Position numbers and translations under genes: made by a program. From positions 62,001 to 126,000 of the IMG/VR virus record IMGVR_UViG_3300046092_000062: a stretch of DNA of 64,000 bases; one strand, 5' to 3'. The notes below the pieces were generated by a model. It saw nothing but the letters and a program-made list of their open reading frames with translations, was not told the origin of the DNA and did not search any database. Of the stretch, positions 63,862 to 64,000 are shown in pieces (positions within the stretch are counted from its first letter, which is position 1; every line of letters begins with the position of its first letter).

Positions 63862-64000
63862 ATGTTCAAACTACAAGCTAGCGAGAGATTAACTCGCTGG
63901 CGTGAATTTCGAAAATCTCTGGATCACCTACCACTAGACAAAGCATTAGCCGAGGTTAATGACTTCTGGTCAGCATGTCCTTTCTCTCCTTACTACCTAG
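63862..64000 (+). CDS. hypothetical protein, truncated by window end
   Basis: MFKLQASERLTRWREFRKSLD... open to the edge. Confidence 0.55.
   Translation, partial: MFKLQASERLTRWREFRKSLDHLPLDKALAEVNDFWSACPFSPYYL

Overview
64-kb segment of a large tailed dsDNA phage (T4-like/jumbo myophage character, standard code 11, no integrase or transposase seen). The IscU sequence and consensus sigma70 promoters suggest a proteobacterial host (inference). Layout: (1) 1-14.4 kb, a translation/RNA island with about 16 tRNA genes, an RF1-type release factor interrupted by an in-frame UGA, a probable GOLLD RNA with an embedded tRNA, at least two other promoter-driven structured ncRNAs and a recurring family of long-stem tRNA-like elements, interleaved with radical SAM, PP-loop, oxygenase and sulfotransferase-like genes; (2) 15-22.5 kb, a nucleotide-sugar/glycosylation cluster; (3) 22.5-34 kb, small early genes behind a conserved sigma70 promoter family; (4) 34-50 kb, replication genes (UvsW-like helicase, clamp-loader-like subunit, a 196-aa miniature DnaE, primase, DnaB/gp41 helicase) plus Mtd-type tail fibres; (5) 50-64 kb, late TAAATA-driven head-associated genes including two pol-beta-type nucleotidyltransferases and a KxDG ligase-like protein, IscU, an exonuclease and a baseplate/tailspike protein. 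All family assignments come from motif recognition by eye, not database searches. Several ORF-track starts were corrected to downstream start codons.
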